DNA of 64,000 nt from Candidatus Woesearchaeota archaeon (GCA_018692915.1 JABHLG010000007.1:2418-66417); one strand, 5' to 3'. Counted from the first letter of the stretch, positions 19,000 to 29,281 are shown. Numbers and translations: made by a program. Notes: generated from the sequence alone by a model not told the origin.

Positions 19000-21510
19000 T
19001 TGATAGATTTTATTCTCTATATGAGTATAATAAGGCATAGAGATATTCTTAAAGTTCTAGCAATCCTGTTATTACTATTTATGATTTCGCCAGTGTGTGC
19101 TGAAGTTGTAGATAGAGGCCAGTACTGGAATAAAATTGATAATAATGATGGAACGTTTACTTTAGAATCTAGCGAGTCTATGAATTATTACAATGGGACA
19201 GATTATGCACCAATAAACATTACTTTTATTCAAGATTGTGAGCAAGGTTATGATTATTGTGTTGAGACAGGAATATATCAAGCACAGTTTAAATCTAGTT
19301 CAGCAGGTACTAATGTTGCAAAATATATATTAGAAAATAGTTCTGTAAGTTATACACCATATAAGCTTCAATACACAGGCAATAATAAACAAAGTCTGAT
19401 ATCAAACTCGCAAAATGTAGATGGTTTTGCAGATGAAAATAAATTTACCTATCCTGAACTATATGGAGAAGGTTTTGATTTAAGTTTTACATATCAAACC
19501 ACTCGATTAAAAGAAGAATTAATAATTGATGATGAAGATGATTTACCTAATCCACCAAATAATTTAGGTAATAATCCACAATTAAGTTTAGAATTTAAAA
19601 TTAGAATAGATAATTTAGATGCAGAAAATCATAATACTAAAGTTAAATGGAATAAAGTTGATGATTTTACTGTTGATGGTCAAGTTAATTTTAAAGACGC
19701 TAATAATGTAACATTATTTTTCTTACCACAAGCATATGCGTATGATAGTGCAGGTGAACGTATAGATTTAATATATACTTTCAAGAAAGCAGGAATTAAT
19801 TTGTTTGTAAGTATTAAGACACCTTATTCTTGGCTTGAAGATGATGATAGAGAATATCCTGTTTATATTGACCCAACAACTGCTTTGTCTAGCTCTGCTT
19901 CTTCAGCAGCATCTAAAAATGGAAATGCAGATACTAATTTTGGAGATGCAAATTATATTGCTGTTGGTAAAAGCCAAGCAGTTCTAGGTGAGATAAGAAC
20001 TTTTATTATGTTTAATATATCGGAGATTCCCGATAATATAAATATTACTTCTGCACTTATGAATTTATGGCTTTATGATGATAATACTGAAAGTTCTAGT
20101 CGAGTTATTAATACACATAGAGTAACATCAGAGTGGCGCGAAGATGAAGTTACATGGAATGAGCGCAGATTAGGTATAGATTGGGTTGAAGATGGAGGGG
20201 ATTTTGATTCCACAATAATATCTTCTAAAACAATTTCAGCAAATCCTGATGATGCTTGGTATTCTTGGGACCTTACAGAATTAACAACAGAATGGTATAA
20301 TGAAACATACGATAATTATGGTGTTGTTTTAAAGAAGCAAGATAGTCAACAATGGGAGCACAGATTTTATAGTGATGAATTTACTGCAAATCCCGGACTT
20401 GCACCAAAATTATTTGTTAATTATACTTTAATTGAATTAGCTGAAGAGCCTTCTGATGTAGATGCTCCGGCAGTTGATATAATTTATCCTATCAATACAA
20501 CATATGATACAAATGTTACAGAGTTAAATTACACAGCATCTGATGATAATCTTGAATCTTGCTGGTATTCTTTAGATTCTGGTTTAATAAATACAACTGT
20601 AACTTGCACACAAAATGTAACTAACTTGTTGAGCAACGAAGGAAGTAACACTTGGACGATTTGGGCAAATGATTCTTCTGGAAATTCAAATTCATCTTCT
20701 ATTACATTTACAGTTGATACAACTGCTCCACAAGTTTCTATAATATCGCCAAATGGAACATATAATTTAACAGACATTGAATTAAATTATACTGTTACAG
20801 ATGCTTCTATATTTAATTGCACATATAATGTAAGTTCTGAAAATGATACAATTATTGTTGATACACAGATTGCAGATTGTGCAAACACAAACTTTTCTGT
20901 TAATAATACTAGTGCAAATTATACGTTAGATATTAAAGTTACTGATGTTGCAAATAATTTAGCAACAGTTTCTACTAATTTTTCAGTTTATATAAATGAA
21001 ACAAATGATACAGAAGAAACTAGTTCTTCTAATCCATATGCTGACTCAGGTAATTCTCGCGATGATGATGAAAATAGTGAAGAAGTTGTTGAAGAGGAAG
21101 AGGTTGAAGACCTAGCTGAACTGAGTTCAGCTGAGCCTTCAGATACAACTGAGCAAAGCTCAGCTGAACCAGAAGGAGAAACTGAAGAACCTGAAGGAAA
21201 GTCTGGATTTGAATTATTTACAGGAGCATTACTAGGTGATTCAAATGTTGAGTTAAATAAAACTTCAGCAGCATATGTTTCAGTTTCAGCAATTATTCTA
21301 ACAGGATTATATATACTTGTGAAATTTTATTTTGATAATTCTAAACACAAGACAGGAATTAGAAAGAGAAAAGCTCCTTGGTTTAGAAGAGGCGTAGTTC
21401 TTGATTTCTCACCACGCAAAAGAAGTCGAATAAGTTATGATATCGATAGGTCACTTGAAAGAAGATCAAGATTGTATCGTGAGTTAAAACGTAAATATTT
21501 TAGAAAATAA
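19000..21510 (+). CDS. Large secreted/anchored protein with DNRLRE-like and Ig-like regions, C-terminal TM and basic tail
   Basis: Signal peptide; VINTHRVTSEWREDEVTWNER; TAPQVSIISPNGTYN; TM at LYILVKFYF followed by KHKTGIRKRKAPWFRR. Confidence 0.7.
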   Translation: MIDFILYMSIIRHRDILKVLAILLLLFMISPVCAEVVDRGQYWNKIDNNDGTFTLESSESMNYYNGTDYAPINITFIQDCEQGYDYCVETGIYQAQFKSSSAGTNVAKYILENSSVSYTPYKLQYTGNNKQSLISNSQNVDGFADENKFTYPELYGEGFDLSFTYQTTRLKEELIIDDEDDLPNPPNNLGNNPQLSLEFKIRIDNLDAENHNTKVKWNKVDDFTVDGQVNFKDANNVTLFFLPQAYAYDSAGERIDLIYTFKKAGINLFVSIKTPYSWLEDDDREYPVYIDPTTALSSSASSAASKNGNADTNFGDANYIAVGKSQAVLGEIRTFIMFNISEIPDNINITSALMNLWLYDDNTESSSRVINTHRVTSEWREDEVTWNERRLGIDWVEDGGDFDSTIISSKTISANPDDAWYSWDLTELTTEWYNETYDNYGVVLKKQDSQQWEHRFYSDEFTANPGLAPKLFVNYTLIELAEEPSDVDAPAVDIIYPINTTYDTNVTELNYTASDDNLESCWYSLDSGLINTTVTCTQNVTNLLSNEGSNTWTIWANDSSGNSNSSSITFTVDTTAPQVSIISPNGTYNLTDIELNYTVTDASIFNCTYNVSSENDTIIVDTQIADCANTNFSVNNTSANYTLDIKVTDVANNLATVSTNFSVYINETNDTEETSSSNPYADSGNSRDDDENSEEVVEEEEVEDLAELSSAEPSDTTEQSSAEPEGETEEPEGKSGFELFTGALLGDSNVELNKTSAAYVSVSAIILTGLYILVKFYFDNSKHKTGIRKRKAPWFRRGVVLDFSPRKRSRISYDIDRSLERRSRLYRELKRKYFRK

Positions 21511-21595
21511 ATATTTTTCATTTATTACTATTTATTTATATGTATTATAAACTTAAGTAAATAAGTCTTTAATAGTTCATATGTGAAATTATTTT

Positions 21596-22465
21596 GTGGC
21601 AGAGGTAATTACATTTACCCATTATAAGGGTGGAACTGGTAAAACTACTTCCTGCATAAGTATTGCAGGTTATCTAGCAAAAGCAAACAAGCGAGTGCTA
21701 ATTATTGATGCAGATCCACAATCTAATGTTCTTCATGCTTTAGATATAGATAGAGAAAAAGCAGAACCATATTCAATAATCTCAAATCCAATTAATGCAG
21801 ATAAATATGTAATAGAGAGCAATGTGGAAAATATTTCAGTTCTTCCTGCTATGATGCGGTCAGCTGAATATAAAACCGAAAGATTACCTAAGAATTGGTA
21901 TGATTCAATTAAAAAAGCAGTAGATAAGGTAGGTGAGAAATTTGATTATATTTTGATTGATACGCCTCCAAGCTATTCTACCATTATAATATCAAGTGCA
22001 ATTGCAGCAGATTATATTATTCTTTGTTTAGATACAGGTGTGTTTGCACTTCAAGGAATACAGCTAGTTGAATATGCTCTTGATCATGTTGAGCAAAGCA
22101 CAGGAAAGCGCCCAGAAGTTAGATATAATATAATAAATAAAGCAAAGAAGTTTATGATGTTTAAAGACAAATATACAAAAATGTCAGAAGAAGTTGTAAA
22201 TAAGTTTTATGACGAGCAGAAATACTTTATTGTCCCTTACTCATCAAAAATATTAGAAGCTCAGCAGCAAGGTATTCCAATATCACATTACAAATTTTCT
22301 TCAGCAGGTTCTGTTTACAAAAAGTTAGCTAATGAAATAATGTCCACTAAAGATCAACCTATTGAACCCAATGACCTAGCTGAGCCAAGCTCAGCAGAGC
22401 CTTCACCTGCTGGCGAAGGAGAATCTAAAGAGAATAATTCTAATGAAGAAATATTTGTAGATTAA
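21596..22465 (+). CDS. ParA-family ATPase
   Basis: FTHYKGGTGKTTSCISIAGYLA, LIIDADPQSN, YILIDTPPSYS. Confidence 0.93.
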   Translation: MAEVITFTHYKGGTGKTTSCISIAGYLAKANKRVLIIDADPQSNVLHALDIDREKAEPYSIISNPINADKYVIESNVENISVLPAMMRSAEYKTERLPKNWYDSIKKAVDKVGEKFDYILIDTPPSYSTIIISSAIAADYIILCLDTGVFALQGIQLVEYALDHVEQSTGKRPEVRYNIINKAKKFMMFKDKYTKMSEEVVNKFYDEQKYFIVPYSSKILEAQQQGIPISHYKFSSAGSVYKKLANEIMSTKDQPIEPNDLAEPSSAEPSPAGEGESKENNSNEEIFVD

Positions 22466-22500
22466 TATTTTTTTGATTTTAATTTAATTTATATTTTCAA

Positions 22501-23094
22501 TTATTTCACATGTCTTCTATAGAAATCTGCTACAAAAATGTATGATGTAAATGCTCCAGCAGGGATACCAATTAGAACTATCCATAAGAAAAAGAATGTA
22601 AGACCTAGTGCAAGTCCTCTTAAGAAAACCATAGCATAATCACCAAGATTATCAATAACTACATGTATTAATTTAAATTCAAATAGTGATGATATAGTTT
22701 CTTTATTGAAGAAATTTACAAATAATATTGGAATTAATAAAATTTCAAATGGAAGCGTAATAAATCGTAAAAATGGATTTATTGCAGTTAGACCACCAAT
22801 AATTATTCCGTAAATTATTATAAATGGAAGAGATTTAAAGAACATAAAAAAACCTAATTTCATATCACTCTTAAATTTCAAAACAGGTAATTGCTTAAAT
22901 TTGCCTTTGCTAAATTCCTTAATAATTCGAACACTATATCCTATAAGAACAAACCAACCAATAATTGGTAAGAACATCCATAATATATTCCATAGAGCTT
23001 TTTTTCGTTTAAATGGATATCTAAAAGCAGTATCAAAATCTAATGCAGTCATCTTGCTTTTACGTTTTTTAGCAGGTAATTTTTTCTTAGGCAT
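22501..23094 (-). CDS. DUF4013-like membrane protein
   Basis: Multiple hydrophobic segments in a DUF4013-like layout. Confidence 0.5.
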   Translation of the reverse strand: MPKKKLPAKKRKSKMTALDFDTAFRYPFKRKKALWNILWMFLPIIGWFVLIGYSVRIIKEFSKGKFKQLPVLKFKSDMKLGFFMFFKSLPFIIIYGIIIGGLTAINPFLRFITLPFEILLIPILFVNFFNKETISSLFEFKLIHVVIDNLGDYAMVFLRGLALGLTFFFLWIVLIGIPAGAFTSYIFVADFYRRHVK

Positions 23095-23347
23095 ATTGTT
23101 ATAAAAACTTTAGACTTTATAAATTTAGTTATATAATTGAATTATTTTATCTGTCTGAAGCTTGTAGAATTCGTTCAATTCCTTTTTTTATTTTGTCTTC
23201 AGTGAATTCAGGTTTATCAGCTTTCAAAAAAGCTGACATAGTAGATGGATGTACTATCAAATGTACTGCAGAAGGAAAAAATATATGTAAGGATATGTGT
23301 GGCTGTTGCTAAGCATATTATTAATATATAATTGGGCCCATTTTTCT

Positions 23348-23914
23348 TTATTTTAAAAGTAACATGGCTGCTTCATATTTTGGTCTTATTATATCTTTAG
23401 ATTCTTCAAAGTGGAGCTGTTGCCATTTGCGTTCTAGCTTTTCTCTAACTGAGACTTTTGCTTCTACTTGACCTTTATTTTCAAATAAAAATGCTGCTGA
23501 GAATATTCCTGCAATGTTGTCAAAATTGTAGAGCGCGTCTGCATCTGCAATGATTTTTTCTTCAATGGTTTTACGTTCATGCCAAGTTGAGCCGCGATGA
23601 TTGTAAATACATTTTTTTACAAGATCAATTTTTTCTTCTGGATAACCCTATTCCTGAAGTTTTTCTTCAGCAATTTGAGCACCAGTAATATGATGATCTG
23701 CTCTACCGTGAACTATTGAACCAATATCATGCAAATATGCTGCAATCATTAAAACTTCTTTATCTGCATTAAGTTTGTCTGCTAATTCTGGAACAATTTC
23801 TTCGGCCATTGGAACAAAATGTGCTGGAAAAGGTTCGTATCCATATTTACTAGTAGGTTTCTTGCATTCTTCTTCAACAAAAGCTCTTATTTTTTCAATC
23901 AAATCCGTATTCAT
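23348..23914 (-). pseudogene. HD-domain phosphohydrolase interrupted by one in-frame TAG (23648-23650)
   Basis: AAYLHDIG...HITGAQIAEEKLQE*GYPEEKIDLVKKCIYNHRGSTWHERKTIEEKIIADADALYNFDNIAGIFSAAFLF...AAMLLLK; same frame before and after the stop. Confidence 0.8.
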
Positions 23915-24003
23915 TGATAAAAATTAGTTTGAGTTTAATAAGAATATCGCGATTAAATGAAATAATATAAATTAGAAATATCTTATGTGTAGATATGTTA
24001 TAA

Positions 24004-24222
24004 TTACATTCTTTGGTGTCTAACAATAGTATTTGCTAAGATAAACTTAATATCATCCATCTTTATTAGTTGTTGTTCTGCTAAATGTGTGTAACCATAA
24101 AGAACTGCAAATTCTTCATCAGTTAATTCATGTTTACTAAACATATCTTTTAGATTTTCCAATATCTCTGCTACTTCTTTTTCACGGTTTGAAATCAATC
24201 CTTTTTGCATTCCATATCTCAT
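24004..24222 (-). CDS. Small hypothetical protein
   Basis: Intact 72-aa ORF, divergent from the HTH-PAS gene. Confidence 0.45.
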   Translation of the reverse strand: MRYGMQKGLISNREKEVAEILENLKDMFSKHELTDEEFAVLYGYTHLAEQQLIKMDDIKFILANTIVRHQRM

Positions 24223-24238
24223 TTTTACACCTCTTTTA

Positions 24239-24257
24239 GGTATTGGTTACCAATACC
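24239..24257. promoter_or_regulatory. Candidate operator palindrome in a divergent promoter region
   Basis: GGTATTGGTTACCAATACC, perfect inverted repeat; related GGTTGCC and GGTAACC sequences nearby. Confidence 0.5.
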
Positions 24258-24373
24258 ATATAACTATATAGGTTGCCAAAATATATAAAGATGTATGTTG
24301 TGGTAACCAGTAGTGTCTAACAATAAGGGTAAACTTTATAAGTTTTTACTGTCTTTTATTAATGTGAATTAGA

Positions 24374-24997
24374 GTGAAACCATCAGAAATCCGACAAGCA
24401 GTTATTAATTTTATTTCTTCAAAAGGAGATGATGGTGTTTTAGCATCTGAAATGGGTAGAGAACTTAATGTTAATAGACATACTTTAGCAAAGCACTTAG
24501 AGATATTAAATGGACAAGATATTTTAATATATAGACAAGTTGGAATGGCTAAGTTATGGTTCATAAACCGTGCTCCTTTTTCTAGTATGTTAGAATCAGA
24601 TAAAGTTGATTCTGTTTTGGGGACCATATTTCAAGAAGTAATAAATAAAACACATAATTTTCTTTTTGTTGTAGATAAAGATTATAATATTATTTATATG
24701 AACAAAGCAGCAAAAGAGCGATTTGGTGATAATACAGGTAAGAAATGTTATACGCTGATGGGAAATAAATCTCCTTGTAAAAAATTCTGTGTAGTAAGAG
24801 AATTTTTAGAAAAAGGAAAAGAAGGTAGACAAGAACACATAACTTCTGTTGATGGAAAAACTTACAAAGTAAGTGGATTTACAATTAAAAACCCTGATGG
24901 TAGCATGTCAGCTGTTGAGATTGCTTCTGATATAACTCGAGAAAAAGAGCTAGAAGAAGAACTAAGACAGATTAAAAAAATAATTGGAAAAAAATAG
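24374..24997 (+). CDS. Winged-HTH protein with a PAS domain
   Basis: DGVLASEMGRELNVNRHTLAKHLEIL; VVDKDYNIIYMNKAAKERFG. Confidence 0.8.
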   Translation: MKPSEIRQAVINFISSKGDDGVLASEMGRELNVNRHTLAKHLEILNGQDILIYRQVGMAKLWFINRAPFSSMLESDKVDSVLGTIFQEVINKTHNFLFVVDKDYNIIYMNKAAKERFGDNTGKKCYTLMGNKSPCKKFCVVREFLEKGKEGRQEHITSVDGKTYKVSGFTIKNPDGSMSAVEIASDITREKELEEELRQIKKIIGKK

Positions 24998-25011
24998 AAA
25001 TTTTCTTGCCT

Positions 25012-25551
25012 TTAATCAAATTTTTTAGTTGGGATATCTAAAAGTTTTTGAAGGCTTTCTTTATGTGAGTCAGTGATATTTGCATTTCTTGAGCAATAGT
25101 ATTTTGCGCCCATAGCTATACCCATCATAAAGAGTAATAAACTACCACACCCTGCATCAAAAGATGTAGCAATATCTTTAATTAATCCATCTCCAAATAT
25201 AGGTGTATATGCTTCTTTAGTTTCAGAATCACCTATAAATACACCTAACTCATAAACATTATCATTTATTTTATTTAGAATTGTGGTAAATCCTAAGACG
25301 CCTCCAACACCCCAAGCTACTTTTTTAGGTGTAGTGTAATCAAATTGGTTAGATACTTTTTCAGCGGCAAGTTTTAATTGCTGTCCAATCTCGCGATTGT
25401 TACCATATTTATAATTTACTGTATATCCTTTTTTCTCTAGTCTTAATCCTTTTTTTATAATTCTACTTAGAGCGTTTACTGAAGGGATAGATTTTATAGT
25501 ATAATTAACTTCTTGTGAAAGATTATCTACATTTGTATCTATATCAAACAT
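25012..25551 (-). CDS. Hypothetical protein
   Basis: Intact ORF. Confidence 0.5.
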   Translation of the reverse strand: MFDIDTNVDNLSQEVNYTIKSIPSVNALSRIIKKGLRLEKKGYTVNYKYGNNREIGQQLKLAAEKVSNQFDYTTPKKVAWGVGGVLGFTTILNKINDNVYELGVFIGDSETKEAYTPIFGDGLIKDIATSFDAGCGSLLLFMMGIAMGAKYYCSRNANITDSHKESLQKLLDIPTKKFD

Positions 25552-25628
25552 ATTATCACCAATATATTATTAAAAAGCGAAAGCTCTTAAGACTTTTTAT
25601 ATTCAAGTAAATAAATAAAATAAAAAAA

Positions 25629-25997
25629 TTAGTTGATTTCTAGTATAGTAATTTTAAAGTTCAATACTTTTCCAGCTAATGGACCTGCAGTATAGGCATC
25701 TTCGCCTTCAAGAACAACTTCTTTTGTTTCACCAATAGCCATTCCTAGCGCAGCTTTATCAAATCCAGGTATAACTTGTCCTGAATCAACTGTGAATTCA
25801 AAAGGGCCTCTGCCTTCAGAAGTATCTATTTGTTCACCATCAACAGTTAACCAATAATCAACTTTTACTGTGTCTCCACTTTTTACAACCATATCTTCTC
25901 CTCCTAAGCAACCACTTACTAACAAGACAGCTGCCATCAATCCAAACACATAAAATGCTTTCATGATTTTTGCTAAATGATTAGAACTTTTAAACAT
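25629..25997 (-). CDS. FKBP-type peptidyl-prolyl isomerase with a lipoprotein-like N-terminus
   Basis: GDTVKVDYWLTVDGEQIDTSEGRGPFEFTVDSGQVIPGFDKA; LLVSGCLG lipobox-like. Confidence 0.88.
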   Translation of the reverse strand: MFKSSNHLAKIMKAFYVFGLMAAVLLVSGCLGGEDMVVKSGDTVKVDYWLTVDGEQIDTSEGRGPFEFTVDSGQVIPGFDKAALGMAIGETKEVVLEGEDAYTAGPLAGKVLNFKITILEIN

Positions 25998-26002
25998 TGT
26001 GC

Positions 26003-27058
26003 TTATTTTCTTGTATGAACATCTATTTGTGGGAAAGGAATCTCGATCTTTTCTTTATTGAATCTCTCATGAAGGTCTTTAATAAGTTCATGTCGGATTT
26101 TGAATTTATCAACTCGGCTTTTAGCTTCAATGTAAACTGATAAATTTATGCTTGAATCACCAAATTCTTTGAAGCGAACAAATGGTTCAAAATCTTTAAT
26201 TGCGCCATCTTCTTTTTTGATGATTTTTTTAGCAACATCAAGAACAACTTTTTCAACTTTTCTAAGATTTGAATCATATGAAACACCACAATCAACTGAG
26301 AATGTTAGATTTGTTTTTGGCGAATTATAATTTTTAAGCAGAGCATCTGCTATTTTTGAGTTTGGAATTATCAAAAAATTTCCATCCCATGTTTTGATTC
26401 TTGTTGTTCTCCATCCAATATCATTTACATAACCAGATGTTTTGTCGTCAAGTTCAATAAAATCACCAATTTTCATTGGGCGGTCAATTGTCATGAAAAG
26501 AGCACCAAAGAAATTTGCTAAAGTGTCTTTTAGTGCAAGAGCAATAGCAAGACCACCAATTCCAAGACCTGCTAGCATAGGTGTAATTTCAACCCCAAAA
26601 CTGCTTAGAATTGCAAGTAATGCTGATACATAAATAAGGATATTTACAATTTTTCTAATAAACTGAAATATTGTGTGGTCGATTTTTCTATGTAGCTTGT
26701 ATTGAAGTTCTTCTGTATACCACATAAAAAGAGCATTAATTATTTTGTTAATTAATAGAGCTCCAGCTAAAATCCAAATCACTTTGAATATACCTGTTAT
26801 ATCTACTGAACCAACTACAAAATTAGGATAAATATATTTGAACGCAATAAAGAAACCAATTGTTAGTATGATTATTTTGATAGGTGTTTTAATCATATCT
26901 ATAACAATATCATCAAGCTTTGTCTTTGTTTTAGATGATAAATGAAGAATTTTCTTTAGAAGTTTTCCAGCTATCTTGGATAAAAATATCGTTACAATAA
27001 CAATCCCTAAAGCAATAATATATTTATTAGCTAGTAATTCAGTTAGATATTCTATCAT
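26003..27058 (-). CDS. mscS: MscS-family mechanosensitive channel
   Basis: IALALKDTLANFFGALFMTIDRPMKIGDFIEL. Confidence 0.92.
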   Translation of the reverse strand: MIEYLTELLANKYIIALGIVIVTIFLSKIAGKLLKKILHLSSKTKTKLDDIVIDMIKTPIKIIILTIGFFIAFKYIYPNFVVGSVDITGIFKVIWILAGALLINKIINALFMWYTEELQYKLHRKIDHTIFQFIRKIVNILIYVSALLAILSSFGVEITPMLAGLGIGGLAIALALKDTLANFFGALFMTIDRPMKIGDFIELDDKTSGYVNDIGWRTTRIKTWDGNFLIIPNSKIADALLKNYNSPKTNLTFSVDCGVSYDSNLRKVEKVVLDVAKKIIKKEDGAIKDFEPFVRFKEFGDSSINLSVYIEAKSRVDKFKIRHELIKDLHERFNKEKIEIPFPQIDVHTRK

Positions 27059-27142
27059 AGTTCTTTTAGCACAAATGGGCTTTTAAGAGTTCTTATTTTG
27101 GCGGAATAATAATCTTTTTAAACGTGTTTTTAGACAGTAGTA

Positions 27143-27892
27143 ATGGGTATTTTAATTAGCAATAGGGATATACAGAAAGTTTGTGCTAGTTTTAACAAAC
27201 ATAATTTTAATGAGGATTTTTTGAGAGCAGGAGCTAAAGAACGTTTGCTAAAGAGATTGTCTAATCCGACATACGCTATTAAATCAGATAAAATTCAGGG
27301 AGATATTGGCGAACTTCATTTTCATGATTTTGTTAGGTCACAAATCGCAGGAAATAATAAATTAGAGATTCAATATGATGCGACTTTTTCACACTATTCT
27401 GTTTTAGATATACCAAATAAATTATTTGTGCGTGATAGAAATGTTGAAGATGGAAATGTTGTAGTTTATCAAAGTAATTCGCGCGCTAGAAATTATAATA
27501 ATCTTAGAAGGGGATATCATCCAGTTTTAGAAATGGATTTATCTCTAATTATTGGATATAATCAAATTCCAACTATTGTTGAAGTTAAAACTGGCTCATC
27601 AATACATATGAATAATCTACCTAATCAGCGTATATTAAATAAAATATATTTTGGAAAATATGGAATGATTTTAGCTATAGATCCAGAAAGTAAAAATAAT
27701 AATAGCCCTAGAGAATATGATTCAGTATTAAAATTAACTGGAGCAGGAGTATCTTTTGCATATTTTCATCCAGATTTTAAAGCTAAAGCAAAACAATTAG
27801 TAAAGTTAGTACTAGAAGATTTTGGTATAGATAGAGATGTAAGTAATAACACTATAATTCCTTTTGAAGAATTTCAATTTCCCCCACGCTGA
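27143..27892 (+). CDS. Hypothetical protein, possible PD-(D/E)XK nuclease fold
   Basis: VLEMDLSLIIGYNQIPTIVEVKTGSS. Confidence 0.5.
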   Translation: MGILISNRDIQKVCASFNKHNFNEDFLRAGAKERLLKRLSNPTYAIKSDKIQGDIGELHFHDFVRSQIAGNNKLEIQYDATFSHYSVLDIPNKLFVRDRNVEDGNVVVYQSNSRARNYNNLRRGYHPVLEMDLSLIIGYNQIPTIVEVKTGSSIHMNNLPNQRILNKIYFGKYGMILAIDPESKNNNSPREYDSVLKLTGAGVSFAYFHPDFKAKAKQLVKLVLEDFGIDRDVSNNTIIPFEEFQFPPR

Positions 27893-28041
27893 AGCTTTTT
27901 GCTAGCTAGCCAAGCAATAACGAGAACCAAAACAGTTATCCAATATTGGTCAGTTCCGAAATATTGGAACTGCAGCACCATTGTTATAAGAACAATTGCT
28001 AGGAGAATTAGTAAACTGATTTGCTTTAGTTTAGGTTTCAT
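27874..28041 (-). CDS. Small two-TM protein, 55 aa, not in the ORF track
   Basis: MKPKLKQISLLILLAIVLITMVLQFQYFGTDQYWITVLVLVIAWLASKKLQRGGN. Confidence 0.45.
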   Translation of the reverse strand: MKPKLKQISLLILLAIVLITMVLQFQYFGTDQYWITVLVLVIAWLASKKLQRGGN

Positions 28042-28161
28042 ATTACTCGAGCAAATAAAGGTATTTAACTATTCCTTATGTATTATTTGTAATGTTAAAC
28101 TGCACGAATTTGTAAACAAATTCGCTAGTATTAATTTACAGGCATAAAACGGTAAATTAAA

Positions 28162-28770
28162 ATGAATAAATCCCAATTAATTGAAAGTCTTAAGAGTAAG
28201 GGTGCTTTGAAGACTAATGACGTTATTAAAGCATTTGAGCAAGTTGAGCGAGAGAATTTTGTAGATACAGTTTATAGACCATATGCTTATACTGATGAAG
28301 CACTTCCTTTGTTCTCGGGACAGACAATTTCGCAGCCTTACACCGTAGCTGTTATGACTGAAGCTCTTGAATTGCATAAAAGTCAACGAGTTTTGGAAGT
28401 TGGGACAGGTTCAGGTTATCAAGCAGCAATTATTGCAGAAATAATTGGCAAAAGAGGAATATTATTTACAATTGAGCGACTGAGCCGTTTGGTTGATTTT
28501 GCAAAGCAGAATCTAAAGGATTACAGTAATGTTGATATTGTTTTAGGAAATGGTATTCATGGTCTGCCTGAGAAAGCGCCTTTTGATAGAATAATTGTAA
28601 CTGCTGCAGCTTCAGAATTTCCTAAAGAATTATTTGCACAGCTTCGCGATGGTGGGAAAATGGTTATCCCTACAATAGATAATCGTTTGCTTATTATAAT
28701 AAAAAAAGGTGGAGAACCTATGGCCGAGAGTCTCGGCAGTTTTGTATTTGTTCCCCTAGTTAATGATTAA
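28162..28770 (+). CDS. pcm: Protein-L-isoaspartate O-methyltransferase
   Basis: GQTISQPYTVAVMTEAL, VLEVGTGSGYQAAI, IIVTAAASEFP. Confidence 0.95.
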   Translation: MNKSQLIESLKSKGALKTNDVIKAFEQVERENFVDTVYRPYAYTDEALPLFSGQTISQPYTVAVMTEALELHKSQRVLEVGTGSGYQAAIIAEIIGKRGILFTIERLSRLVDFAKQNLKDYSNVDIVLGNGIHGLPEKAPFDRIIVTAAASEFPKELFAQLRDGGKMVIPTIDNRLLIIIKKGGEPMAESLGSFVFVPLVND

Positions 28771-29192
28771 TTAACACTAACAAGTTCTATTTCAAAAGTT
28801 AAGTTTTTTCCTGCAAGTGGGTGATTAACATCTAAAGTAATTTCTTTATCATTTACTTCTGTTATTTTTGCAGGCATTTGCTGTCCATTTGGTAGACCAA
28901 TACCTACCATCATACCAGCTTTTGGTTCTTGGTCTGCAGGTAATTTGTCTCTAGGTATTTTCTGAATCATTGAAGGGTTTGGTTCGCCATAAGCATCCTT
29001 ACAATCGATTTTGAAAGTATTCTTATCACCTTTTTTCATTCCCTTAACTGCTTTTTCAAATCCAGGAATAACTTGTTTAGAACCTACTTCAAATTCAAGA
29101 GGGTCTCTTCCTTCAGATGAATCAAATACTGTTCCATCATCTAGAGTTCCTTTATAGTGTATTTTAACTTTATCACCGTCTTTAATTACCAT
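28767..29192 (-). CDS. FKBP-type peptidyl-prolyl isomerase, SlyD-like
   Basis: VKIHYKGTLDDGTVFDSSEGRDPLEFEVGSKQVIPGFEKAV...HPLAGKNLTFEI. Confidence 0.93.
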   Translation of the reverse strand: MVIKDGDKVKIHYKGTLDDGTVFDSSEGRDPLEFEVGSKQVIPGFEKAVKGMKKGDKNTFKIDCKDAYGEPNPSMIQKIPRDKLPADQEPKAGMMVGIGLPNGQQMPAKITEVNDKEITLDVNHPLAGKNLTFEIELVSVN

Positions 29193-29281
29193 AAATAAAG
29201 GGTTAAAATTGCTTTTTAAGTGTTGTTATTTTAGTTTTTTGCAAAAAGTTACTTTTTTAAACTATAAAATCATACTATTGT

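Noticed and set aside
23150-23320. Short Cys-rich plus-strand peptide (DGCTIKCTAEGKNICKDMCGCC) or a 30-aa minus-strand peptide
   Set aside because: Neither has a convincing start or enough length to support a call
23648-23650. Pyrrolysine or general TAG recoding
   Set aside because: TAG terminates metK and the histidine kinase gene in this window, and no Pyl machinery is visible here
27899-28147. Plus-strand ORF of 82 aa
   Set aside because: The minus strand gives a more plausible small membrane protein at 27874-28041
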